Source: an uncultured Peptococcaceae bacterium (GTDB taxonomy: Bacteria > Bacillota > Peptococcia > Peptococcales > Peptococcaceae). From it: 24,816 nt of DNA. Where the stretch lies: NCBI GenBank assembly GCA_900556545.1, contig USPE01000001.1:1-24816 (forward strand). Direction: 5' to 3'. Made by a program: the position numbers and the translations under genes. Every line of letters begins with the position of its first letter. Position 1 is the stretch's first letter. Positions 17,216-24,816 of the stretch are shown here, piece after piece. The notes below the pieces were generated by a model that ran no database searches, was not told the origin of the DNA, and saw only the letters and a list, made by a program, of their open reading frames with translations.

Positions 17216-18226
17216 TCAGTTTATCTTCGTTTCTACAATCTGTGCCTGTTCCAGCAGCTCCTGCGGAATAGATAAACCAATGCGCTCCGCTTCTCCCTGA
17301 TTAATCACCAAAGTTAAATCTTCCTCGTCGGCATATTCAATGGGCATCTCGGCCGGATCGGCACCGTCTTTTAAAATTCGGACAGCCATTTCACCGGTTT
17401 TGTAGCCCAATTTATAATAATCAATGCCATAGGTAGCTGTACCGCCGCCTTCTACCTGACCCACCTCACCGCAGATCACCGGCAGTTTTGCCGCTTCTGT
17501 AATGGCAATTACCTGCGGCACACCAGATGCCACCGTATTATCTGTCGGCAGATAGATAGCATCTACCTGATCCACCAAATTTGCGGCAGCCTGCTGCATA
17601 TCACTGATATTGGAGAATGTGCCTTTTTCCAGAGCAATTCCCTGCTGCTGCAAATATTGCTCTAACCATGCAACCTGCAATTGAGAATTAACCTCGCTGG
17701 AATTATAAATCACACCCACTGTTTTAGCATCAGGAACCAACTGCAAAATCAGTTCGCCCTGTTTTTCCACCGGATTCTGATCACTGGTGCCGGTTACATT
17801 ATAGGCCGGAGCCTCATTGCTTTCCACCAGCTTGGCCTCTACATAATCAGTAATGGCAGTACCTACGATAGGAATATCTTCCGTAGCCGATGCCATCACC
17901 TGGGCAGTAGAAGTAGACACTGCGCAAATCAAATCCACTTCTTCATTGATAAACGTCTGCGCAATACTTTCCAGATTGCTCTGTTCATTTTGCCCGTTGC
18001 GCTGTACAAAAGTAACCGATTCCCCTTCTGTCAGACCATTATCCGCCAATGCCTGCACAAAGCCCTGATTTGCCGTATTCGCCGCTTCATGGGACGTTAA
18101 CTGCACAATACCAATTTTATATTGTTCCTCTGTCTCAGCCTGATTTCCGCATCCTGACAGCAATCCCACAGCCAGCATGGCAGCAGCTGCCACAGAACAA
18201 TATTTGAGCCATACTTTTTGTTTCAT
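17216..18226 (-). CDS. ABC substrate-binding lipoprotein, paralog 1
   Basis: Start ATG 18226 (RBS GGAGGGG); lipobox LLSGC; IPIVGTAIT, NVTGTSD, PTDN. Confidence 0.9.
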   Translation of the reverse strand: MKQKVWLKYCSVAAAAMLAVGLLSGCGNQAETEEQYKIGIVQLTSHEAANTANQGFVQALADNGLTEGESVTFVQRNGQNEQSNLESIAQTFINEEVDLICAVSTSTAQVMASATEDIPIVGTAITDYVEAKLVESNEAPAYNVTGTSDQNPVEKQGELILQLVPDAKTVGVIYNSSEVNSQLQVAWLEQYLQQQGIALEKGTFSNISDMQQAAANLVDQVDAIYLPTDNTVASGVPQVIAITEAAKLPVICGEVGQVEGGGTATYGIDYYKLGYKTGEMAVRILKDGADPAEMPIEYADEEDLTLVINQGEAERIGLSIPQELLEQAQIVETKIN

Positions 18227-18460
18227 AAAAAATCCCCTCCAAATACCTTTATCCCAGTTTATTGTAACGGTTTCCATATTTATTTTCAATATTCCACTTT
18301 GATTTAGACAAAATCAGAGATTTATTTCCCGGAAAATTTCCCGCCTGATTTACTTTACTTCCTGACTTTCATGCTGTGCCAAATAGATTGCTTTTTATCT
18401 GTTTTTTTCATCTCAGCACATCATCTTGTTCCTAAACCAACGCCCATGATAAAATTCTAT

Positions 18461-18492
18461 AAAAAACTGCCAGCAGGAAATCCTGCTGACAG
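18461..18492 (-). terminator. Intrinsic terminator after SBP2
   Basis: Minus strand CTGTCAGCAGGA / TCCTGCTGGCAG followed by TTTTTT. Confidence 0.8.
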
Positions 18493-18575
18493 AAAATATC
18501 TTTTGTTATCTTTATTCATTTTCACCATTTATTTAACAGGCAGCAATGTTAAACTGCTTTCCCATTTACCATCGT

Positions 18576-19577
18576 TTATTTTGCTTCTGTTTTTACCAGT
18601 TCCGCTTTTTCCATCAATTCATCAGGAATTTCAATACCGAGAATTTCAACTGCATCCTGATTGATCACCAATGTAAACTCACTTGGATCCTGCACCGGCA
18701 TTTCTGCTGGTGTGCTCTCCCCACTCAAAATTTGAGCAGCCATTACACCGGCATCATAGCCAATCTGGTAGAAATTAATGCCATAGGTTAAAGTTGCACC
18801 GGCAGTTACCTGAGATTCTTCACCGCCTAAAACGACAAGCCCTGCTTCATCGGTGATGCTTATCACCTGAGACATAGCAGAAGCTACATTGTTATCGGTA
18901 GGCAGCCACAGGGCATCTACTTCACCAACCAAACTCTGTGCAGCCTGCTGAATATCATTGACAGTCTGAATACTCCGATCTTCGATGGTCAAACCTCTTT
19001 CAGCCGCCACTTCTTTCAAAATACCAATCTGTATCTGCGAATTTTTTTCACTGGATGTATAAATCGTACCAATTGTTTTGGCATCCGGCACTACCTGTAA
19101 TAAAAGGTCAATCTGTTCTGCAACCGGTGTCATATCGTTGGTGCCTGTTACATTGGTTCCCGGCGCTTCATTGCTTTCTACCAGCCCTGCATCCGGAAAA
19201 CTGGTAATCGCTGTTCCTACAATGGGAATATCTTCTGTAGCCGATGCCATTACCTGCGCTGCTGATGTGGCAATGGCCAGAATCACATCCGCATCTTCGG
19301 AAATAAACTGCTGGGCAATGTTTTGCAGATTACTCTGATCATTCTGGGCATTCTGCTGATTGATGGTTAAATTTTTGCCTTCTTCAAAGCCATTGTCTTT
19401 TAAACCGTCAATCATACCCTGATTGGCCAGATCCAACGCTCCATGCTGTACAAGCTGCACAACCCCCACTTTGTACTGCTGTCCATCAGCACCTCCGCCG
19501 CAGCCGGCCAGCATTCCCATTGACATTGCAGCGATGGCAGCAACTGCTGCACCCTTCATCCATTTTCTCTGTTTCAT
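18576..19577 (-). CDS. ABC substrate-binding lipoprotein, paralog 2
   Basis: Start about ATG 19577; lipobox MLAGC; QLVQHGALD, NVTGTND, PTDN. Confidence 0.9.
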   Translation of the reverse strand: MKQRKWMKGAAVAAIAAMSMGMLAGCGGGADGQQYKVGVVQLVQHGALDLANQGMIDGLKDNGFEEGKNLTINQQNAQNDQSNLQNIAQQFISEDADVILAIATSAAQVMASATEDIPIVGTAITSFPDAGLVESNEAPGTNVTGTNDMTPVAEQIDLLLQVVPDAKTIGTIYTSSEKNSQIQIGILKEVAAERGLTIEDRSIQTVNDIQQAAQSLVGEVDALWLPTDNNVASAMSQVISITDEAGLVVLGGEESQVTAGATLTYGINFYQIGYDAGVMAAQILSGESTPAEMPVQDPSEFTLVINQDAVEILGIEIPDELMEKAELVKTEAK

Positions 19578-19903
19578 GTTTACCACAATCCTTCCATCCT
19601 TCGTATTTACCTGCCTGATTTGCCATAAACGCAGCCGGCAGTTCATGCCGCGCTCCAAAAAAGATACACAGACGGTATCCAATTTGCTGTTCTTCCATAC
19701 TACAAGCTCTATTGTAACTGTTCTTTTATCAGATTTCAATATAAATTTATACAAATTTCCGTAAACCTACAAGTGAATATAATAACAAGCATCTCTCCAA
19801 ATCATCAGGAGGGCAATCTCTTTGCAGAAAGTCCACCTCAAAAATTTTACACCATCGCAAAATACTCCTGTAATCGTCTGTTATTTTAAGTTAAAAAATA
19901 TAC

Positions 19904-19946
19904 AAAAAAGCTGCTGTTCCATCTTTATAGACTTCACAGCAGCTTT
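19904..19946 (-). terminator. Intrinsic terminator after SBP3
   Basis: AAAGCTGCTGT / ACAGCAGCTTT stem with a T tract on the minus strand. Confidence 0.78.
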
Positions 19947-19971
19947 CTATCCTGCAAAAATATAGTTTTTC

Positions 19972-21012
19972 TTATTCAGCAGCAGATTGGGTAGTTACCT
20001 TGGTAGCACTTTCCAATAAATCTGCCGGAACTTCAATGCCTAACAGTTCAACTGCATCGGTATTGATGATTGCCTGGCAATCTTCTTCCGGCATATACTG
20101 AATTGGCATTTCTGCCGGAACACTTTCACCATTCAGAATTTTAGCAGCCATCACACCGGCATTATAACCCAGCTGATAGTAGCTGAAACCATAGGTTGCT
20201 GTACCGCCGTCTTTTACCATAGAATCTGCGCCGCAAACTACAACAAGACCGGCTTCATCAGTTACACCCACCACCTGTGGGATTGCAGAAGCCACATTGT
20301 TGTCAGTCGGCAGCCACATAGCATCTACTTCGCCAACCAGGCTCTGCGCAGCCTGCTGAATATCATTGACTGTCTGAATGGTACGTTCTTCTATAGTCAG
20401 ATCCATTTCTTCTGCCAACTGTTTTAAAATATCAATCTGTACAAAAGAATTGGCTTCGCTGGAAGTATAAATAACACCGATTGTTTTTGCATCTGGAACC
20501 AACTGCAACAACAGATTCAACTGCGCTTCAATTGGGTTCATATCGCTGGTGCCGGTTACATTCAAACCTGGCGCTTCATCGCTTTCTACCAGTTTGGCTT
20601 CTTTGTAGCTGGTAATGGCAGTCCCTACAATTGGAATTTCGGTTGTGGCAGATGCTACAGTCTGTGCCGCATTGGTACCAATAGCCAGAATCAAATCACT
20701 TTCGTTGGAAACAAACTGCTGAGCAATATTCTGCAGATTACTCTGGTCGCCCTGCGCATTTTGAGAATCCAGTGTTACATTTTCACCAACTACATAACCA
20801 TTGTCTTTTAACCCATCAATCATACCCTGATTGGCTTCATCCAGAGAACCATGCTGCTGCTGCTGCACAATGCCGATTTTGTATGTTTTACCCTGCTGAT
20901 CTGCATTGCTGTCCGCATTTTGGTCAGAACCGCCGCAGCCGGCCAACATTCCCATAGACATTGCCGCAATGGCTGTAATTGCGATTCCCTTCATCCACTT
21001 TTTGTTTTTCAT
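19972..21012 (-). CDS. ABC substrate-binding lipoprotein, paralog 3
   Basis: Start about ATG 21012; lipobox MLAGC; QQQQHGSLD, NVTGTSD, PTDN. Confidence 0.9.
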   Translation of the reverse strand: MKNKKWMKGIAITAIAAMSMGMLAGCGGSDQNADSNADQQGKTYKIGIVQQQQHGSLDEANQGMIDGLKDNGYVVGENVTLDSQNAQGDQSNLQNIAQQFVSNESDLILAIGTNAAQTVASATTEIPIVGTAITSYKEAKLVESDEAPGLNVTGTSDMNPIEAQLNLLLQLVPDAKTIGVIYTSSEANSFVQIDILKQLAEEMDLTIEERTIQTVNDIQQAAQSLVGEVDAMWLPTDNNVASAIPQVVGVTDEAGLVVVCGADSMVKDGGTATYGFSYYQLGYNAGVMAAKILNGESVPAEMPIQYMPEEDCQAIINTDAVELLGIEVPADLLESATKVTTQSAAE

Positions 21013-21076
21013 TGTTATCACAATCCTTTTATCCTTCAAATTGTCTTATGTCCCCATTATGGTAAGACTTCCTTTT

Positions 21077-21105
21077 ATTTTACTCAATTTACAATTGCTT
21101 TGCAA
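21077..21105 (-). promoter_or_regulatory. Putative sigmaA promoter for SBP3
   Basis: Minus strand TTGCAA-17bp-TAAAAT. Confidence 0.6.
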
Positions 21106-21192
21106 GGGGAAATAGTTTTTTTATCCAGTTTTTCTTATAATTAAACCAATTACAAAGGAAATAACCACTTTTTTATTATTTTATATTCGCCG

Positions 21193-21774
21193 CTATACAT
21201 TTTTTGGATTTTTCTCTTTGATAATCTGCACAGCCAGCGGCGGATAATTGGGTCTGTTATAAAAATCCGTTACCAGCACCGTATATTGCTTATGATCCAG
21301 CTGCTTCAGCCATTGCAGCACAGCATCCCGCTCCAAAAATCCCGTATCGCCTCCATGATAAATAGCCAGAGAAATCAGACCAAGAGGTTTTAATAGCTTT
21401 AATCCCTGCTCTAACGCAGCAATGGTCGTGTCCGCTTTGGTAGCAACGGCATGATCTCCGCCCGGCAGATAACCCAGATTAAACATAATGCAGTCCACTG
21501 TGCCGGCCTCTGCATATTGCGCCATATGTTCATGCCCATCCAAAACAAACTCCACCTGCTGCAGTCCCTGCTTATTCACCAATGCGGCAGCAGCTTCCAG
21601 CGCCTGCGGCTGAATATCCATGGCCAGCACCTTTCCGGCCGGACCTGCCAGATTTGCCAAAAATACTGTATCGTGGCCTTTGCCCGCAGTTGCGTCAATA
21701 CAAAAAGCACCCTCCTTGATTGACAGCTGTAAAGATTGGTGTAATAAACGAATTGTATTAATTGATTGCGCCAA
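21193..21774 (-). CDS. Class I SAM methyltransferase, YtqB/MnmM-like (putative rRNA methylase family)
   Basis: IDATAGKGHDT.FLA, DIQ..A, DGHE, MFNLGYLPGGD, Y.G...G..E, N.PP; TTG start with RBS AGGAGG. Confidence 0.85.
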   Translation of the reverse strand: MAQSINTIRLLHQSLQLSIKEGAFCIDATAGKGHDTVFLANLAGPAGKVLAMDIQPQALEAAAALVNKQGLQQVEFVLDGHEHMAQYAEAGTVDCIMFNLGYLPGGDHAVATKADTTIAALEQGLKLLKPLGLISLAIYHGGDTGFLERDAVLQWLKQLDHKQYTVLVTDFYNRPNYPPLAVQIIKEKNPKNV

Positions 21775-21861
21775 AAGAGTTCCCTCCTGCTTGTTATTTT
21801 TGAAATTTTATGTATATAATGATATATCTTTTATCATGGATTCTGTCAAGGGGGTTTTCTT

Positions 21862-22926
21862 TTGCAAACATTCAAAAAATGGCTGAACAAAGTGTTTATT
21901 GACGGGCTTAGCGGCATGGCCACCGGCTTATTTGCCACGCTGATCATCGGCACCATTATTCAGCAAATCGGTACATTAATCGGCGGGCAGGTGGGCGATA
22001 CCGTCTATTTAATCGGAAAAATGGCAGCTGCTGTCACCGGGGCAGGCATTGGCTGCGGTGTGGCCCATCGGTTTAAAGAGCCTCCTCTGGTATTATTATC
22101 TGCTGCTACCGCAGGTATGGTAGGCGCTTTTGCCTCTAAAATTCTGGCAGGCAGTGTGCTGGTGGACGGCGTCATTCACTTTGCAGGGCCGGGCGAACCG
22201 CTGGGCGCTTTCATTGCCGCTTATATTGCCATTGAAGCAGGCCATCTGGTATCGGGCAAAACAAAGGTAGATATTCTGGTGACACCGTTCTGCGGCATTA
22301 TGGCCGGTTCTGCAGTGGGATTAATATTAGGGCCGCCAATCGCCTCCTTTATGGTATGGCTGGGCTCTCTTATCAACTGGGGCACTGTGCAGCAGCCATT
22401 CTTAATGGGCATTATTGTTTCTGTGCTGATGGGAATTATTTTAACACTGCCCATTAGTTCCGCAGCGTTGGGTATTATCCTCAATTTAAACGGAATTGCA
22501 GCCGGCGCTGCTGTAGTAGGCTGCTGCTGCAACATGGTGGGGTTTGCGGTAGCCAGCTATCGGGAAAATAAAATCGGCGGTCTGTTGGCCCAGGGGCTGG
22601 GCACCAGTATGCTGCAAATCGGCAACATTGTGCGCAAACCAATTATCTGGCTACCGGCCATTATCTCCAGTGCTATCTTGGGGCCTGTCTCCACTGTGCT
22701 GCTGGGCATGACCAGCAACGCCACCGGATCCGGTATGGGCAGCGCCGGTTTGGTAGGACAAATTATGACCTTTCAGACCATGGCCCAAACCATACCGCCA
22801 TCTATCGTGCTGCTTCAGATTATTCTGATGCATTTTATACTGCCCGGTATATTGGCCTTTGGTATTTCCGAATTCATGCGGAAAAAAGGCTGGATAAAAG
22901 ACGGAGACATGAAATTGGATATATAA
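21862..22926 (+). CDS. PTS EIIC-like membrane protein (PTS_EIIC_2 / PfoR-PfoS family)
   Basis: FIDGLSGMATGLFATLIIG, GPGEPLGAF, GKTKVDILVTP, LPISSAAL, QGLGTSMLQ, GSGMGSAGLVG. Confidence 0.85.
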   Translation: MQTFKKWLNKVFIDGLSGMATGLFATLIIGTIIQQIGTLIGGQVGDTVYLIGKMAAAVTGAGIGCGVAHRFKEPPLVLLSAATAGMVGAFASKILAGSVLVDGVIHFAGPGEPLGAFIAAYIAIEAGHLVSGKTKVDILVTPFCGIMAGSAVGLILGPPIASFMVWLGSLINWGTVQQPFLMGIIVSVLMGIILTLPISSAALGIILNLNGIAAGAAVVGCCCNMVGFAVASYRENKIGGLLAQGLGTSMLQIGNIVRKPIIWLPAIISSAILGPVSTVLLGMTSNATGSGMGSAGLVGQIMTFQTMAQTIPPSIVLLQIILMHFILPGILAFGISEFMRKKGWIKDGDMKLDI

Positions 22927-22935
22927 TCCTTCCAT

Positions 22936-22991
22936 AAAAAAATACTGCCGCAGCAAATCATTTTGGGTTCTTTGCTGCAGCAGTATTTTTT
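22936..22991. terminator. Bidirectional terminator
   Basis: AAAAAATACTGCCGCAGCAAA / TTTGCTGCAGCAGTATTTTTT near-perfect stem between convergent genes. Confidence 0.82.
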
Positions 22992-23067
22992 ATTTTTTAC
23001 TATTAAATAAATGCGCTCTTATTCCTGAACGCTGTTGCCAAAATGTATCCATGCCATTGTAAAAAAA

Positions 23068-23499
23068 TCAATGATGGATTCCGCTTAATGCATTATCAAT
23101 CAGCTTGGCCAATTCCAAAATACTGCGGAATGTTTTTTGTTTATTTTTTTCTTCCCATCCCACAAACCCCTGCCAACTGGCACTTTGACGAAATAATATT
23201 TTTACAGTAAATGTGGCCATTGCGCTTTGGGATAACGGCATTTCATTTTTATGAATCGGTTTTACCGGCTCTATTTCTTCTTCAAAATATCTGTTTTGAA
23301 ATGATGCCTGGGGATAATTATAAGCGTCCATAAACTGCTCAATCTGTAATACTAATTGAGTAAAACTATCAAAAGAGTAAACTTCCTTTTCCTCCGCATT
23401 TTGAAAAGTCCCTGTCAAAACTTTATTGGCATAATTATAGACTTTAATAATATAAGTCCTCCGCTTTTCCGAGATTATCCTTTTTCTGACATCCGGCAT
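23068..23499 (-). CDS. Hypothetical protein, 143 aa, with two internal repeats
   Basis: RBS GGAGG 7 nt before ATG; C-terminal half ATFTVKILFRQSASWQG..W....FRSILEL; no function recognised. Confidence 0.8.
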   Translation of the reverse strand: MPDVRKRIISEKRRTYIIKVYNYANKVLTGTFQNAEEKEVYSFDSFTQLVLQIEQFMDAYNYPQASFQNRYFEEEIEPVKPIHKNEMPLSQSAMATFTVKILFRQSASWQGFVGWEEKNKQKTFRSILELAKLIDNALSGIHH

Positions 23500-23675
23500 A
23501 TGTTTTCCTCCATCTGCGATCTTCTTTCCTTGTTTATAGTATTATAATACCTCGCTGTTACATATTCACTATATTTTTTCATTTTTCTATTTATATTTTA
23601 ACATTTTTTTATAAAAAAAACAGATACACAATCATATCATTGCCTCATATAAAAATATATCATAAATTACTGTTT

Positions 23676-23710
23676 AAAAAAGGTGTAGTCTGCGGGCTGC
23701 ACCCTTTTTT
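23676..23710 (+). terminator. Terminator-like hairpin with no upstream plus-strand gene
   Basis: GGTGTAGTC-TGCG-GGCTGCACC followed by CTTTTTT; the two G-U pairs form only on the plus strand. Confidence 0.55.
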
Positions 23711-23832
23711 ACATGGAAAGCTGTGCATCTGCGCACCACAAAAATATTCCCAAAGATGACATCGTTTTGCTTTTTTCTCTTTGCCGTTGTTTCTCCCCAA
23801 CGTCCGCCGCAATTTTTGTCGAAGGAAAATGA

Positions 23833-23861
23833 TTTACAGTAATTTCCTTTCAAGCTATACT
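23833..23861 (+). promoter_or_regulatory. Putative sigmaA promoter for the rpn-like gene
   Basis: TTTACA-17bp-TATACT. Confidence 0.6.
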
Positions 23862-23910
23862 ACATCCAACAGAAAAAGGTAAAATCAGGAAATGAGAAAG
23901 GAGAATGCCT

Positions 23911-24816
23911 ATGGATAACGAGAGTAAAGAAAACGAAGAAAGACGGCATCGGCTTGAGGTAGAATCCCTTGTAGCCCAGCTGCGGGCCATTGATGATATC
24001 ATGTTCCGCAAGCTATGTGAAAATATTGCCTTTGTAGAAGAAATCTTGCGCGTCATATTAGAAGATGATAAAATAACAGTAGTGGAAGTCATCCCGCAGG
24101 ACAGCATTCAAAATTTGCGGGGACGTTCCGTTATACTGGATGCCTATTGCAAATTGGGCAATGGCAGCTACTGCAATGTGGAGGTGCAGCGCAGTGACAG
24201 CGATGATCACTTTCGGCGGGTGCGGTATCATGCCGCCTGCATCACAGCCAATGTGGTAAACCCGGGTGAACAGTTTGAACAAGTGGACGATTTAGTGGTA
24301 GTATACATCTCAGAATTTGACCCCTTTGATGAAGGGCGAACAGTATATCATGTACGAAATATGGTAGAAGAAACAGGCCGTGCAGTATTAGACGGATTGC
24401 GGGAGATTTATGTCAATACCAAGCATAACGACGGCAGTGAAATTGCCGAACTGATGCAGTGCCTTTTAGAGCCGGTGGTGACCAATCCAAAATTTCCGGC
24501 ATTGGCTAAAGAATTGCAGGCAGAGAAGGGCAATGTGAAAGGGGATGAATCTATGTGCAAGCTGGTAGAGGAATATGCCCAAAAGCGGGCGAAGGAATAT
24601 GGAGAGCAGCAAAAGGCAGAGGGCTTGATTGAGGGCAGAAAAGAGGGTATAGAAGAAGGTATAAAAGAGGGCAGAGAAGAAGGTCGTAAAGAAGGAAGAA
24701 CAGAGGGTTTTTTGGAGGCGCTGGTTTTGCTAGTAAAAGAAAAATCACTGGAACCTGTAGATGCGGCCAGAAAGGCCAATATGAGTGAAAGTGAATTTAT
24801 GAAGCTGGTGCAGGGA
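23911..24816 (+). CDS. Rpn family / PD-(D/E)XK nuclease family transposase-like protein (continues past window end)
   Basis: Manual translation, RBS AAAGGAG, 302 codons with no stop: IDDIMFRKL...GRSVILDAY...CNVEVQ...RRVRYH...VVYISEFDPF...IYVN...MCKLVEE...EG repeats...AARKANMSESEF. Confidence 0.88.
   Translation, partial: MDNESKENEERRHRLEVESLVAQLRAIDDIMFRKLCENIAFVEEILRVILEDDKITVVEVIPQDSIQNLRGRSVILDAYCKLGNGSYCNVEVQRSDSDDHFRRVRYHAACITANVVNPGEQFEQVDDLVVVYISEFDPFDEGRTVYHVRNMVEETGRAVLDGLREIYVNTKHNDGSEIAELMQCLLEPVVTNPKFPALAKELQAEKGNVKGDESMCKLVEEYAQKRAKEYGEQQKAEGLIEGRKEGIEEGIKEGREEGRKEGRTEGFLEALVLLVKEKSLEPVDAARKANMSESEFMKLVQG
24619..24708 (+). repeat. Degenerate 12-bp tandem repeat encoding EGxx units
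   Basis: EGLI-EGRK-EGIE-EGIK-EGRE-EGRK-EGRT-EG; DNA unit GA(A/G)GGN followed by 6 nt. Confidence 0.85.

Noticed and set aside
18324..18338. CodY-like box ATTTCCCGGAAAATT upstream of SBP1
   Set aside because: Four mismatches to AATTTTCWGAAAATT in AT-rich DNA; not distinguishable from chance.
18355..18411. 18-aa ORF MKKTDKKQSIWHSMKVRK as an attenuator leader peptide for SBP1
   Set aside because: Only one aromatic codon, no RBS and no downstream attenuator hairpin.
19570..19585. parS-like TGTTTCATGTTTACCA
   Set aside because: The right half departs from the GTGAAACA palindrome at three positions, and the site overlaps a start codon.
19578..19754. 59-codon N-terminal extension of SBP2 in the ORF track (similar over-extensions for SBP1, the anti-sigma and the 7650 gene)
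   Set aside because: Signal peptide/lipobox position, paralog alignment and RBS placement support the downstream starts.
19828..19846. Minus-strand AATTTTTGAGGTGGACT as a T-box upstream of SBP2
   Set aside because: Lacks the ACC bulge completion, Stem I motifs and a matching terminator/antiterminator.
16968..21105. Shared TTGCAA...TAAAAT promoters of the permease and SBP3 as a transporter-specific regulatory motif
   Set aside because: The same hexamers precede unrelated yybS (13460-13489), so this is probably general sigmaA promoter style.

Overview
Mostly core chromosome of a low-GC Firmicute (Clostridia-like; inferred from gene content and RBS/promoter style). From left to right: the 5' part of a cardiolipin synthase (minus strand, runs off the window); a MATE exporter behind a MerR-type 19-bp-spacer promoter; the holB-yaaT(ricT)-yabA-yabB-rsmI cluster; an ECF sigma/anti-sigma pair and a small coiled-coil gene; tRNA-Thr(CGT) and tRNA-Gly(CCC); a 4Fe-4S protein with a CRP/FNR-type site; rpsF-ssb-rpsR with an S6:S18-type leader; a Cu-amine-oxidase-N domain protein, sppA and a DUF975-like membrane protein; yybS followed by a frameshifted rplI; an aromatic-amino-acid-type ABC system with three tandem substrate-binding paralogs; a YtqB/MnmM-like methyltransferase; an orphan PTS EIIC-like membrane protein; a two-repeat hypothetical protein; and an Rpn/PD-(D/E)XK nuclease running off the right end (missed by the ORF track) with an in-frame internal start. 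I cannot establish a wholly new multi-gene system from the sequence alone. The best leads are the broken L9 gene, tRNA-like fragments around the tRNA-Thr promoter and leader, the Rpn gene-within-gene, the absence of gdpP and darA from their usual loci, and several regulatory sites whose regulators lie outside the window. All family assignments come from motif recognition, not database searches.
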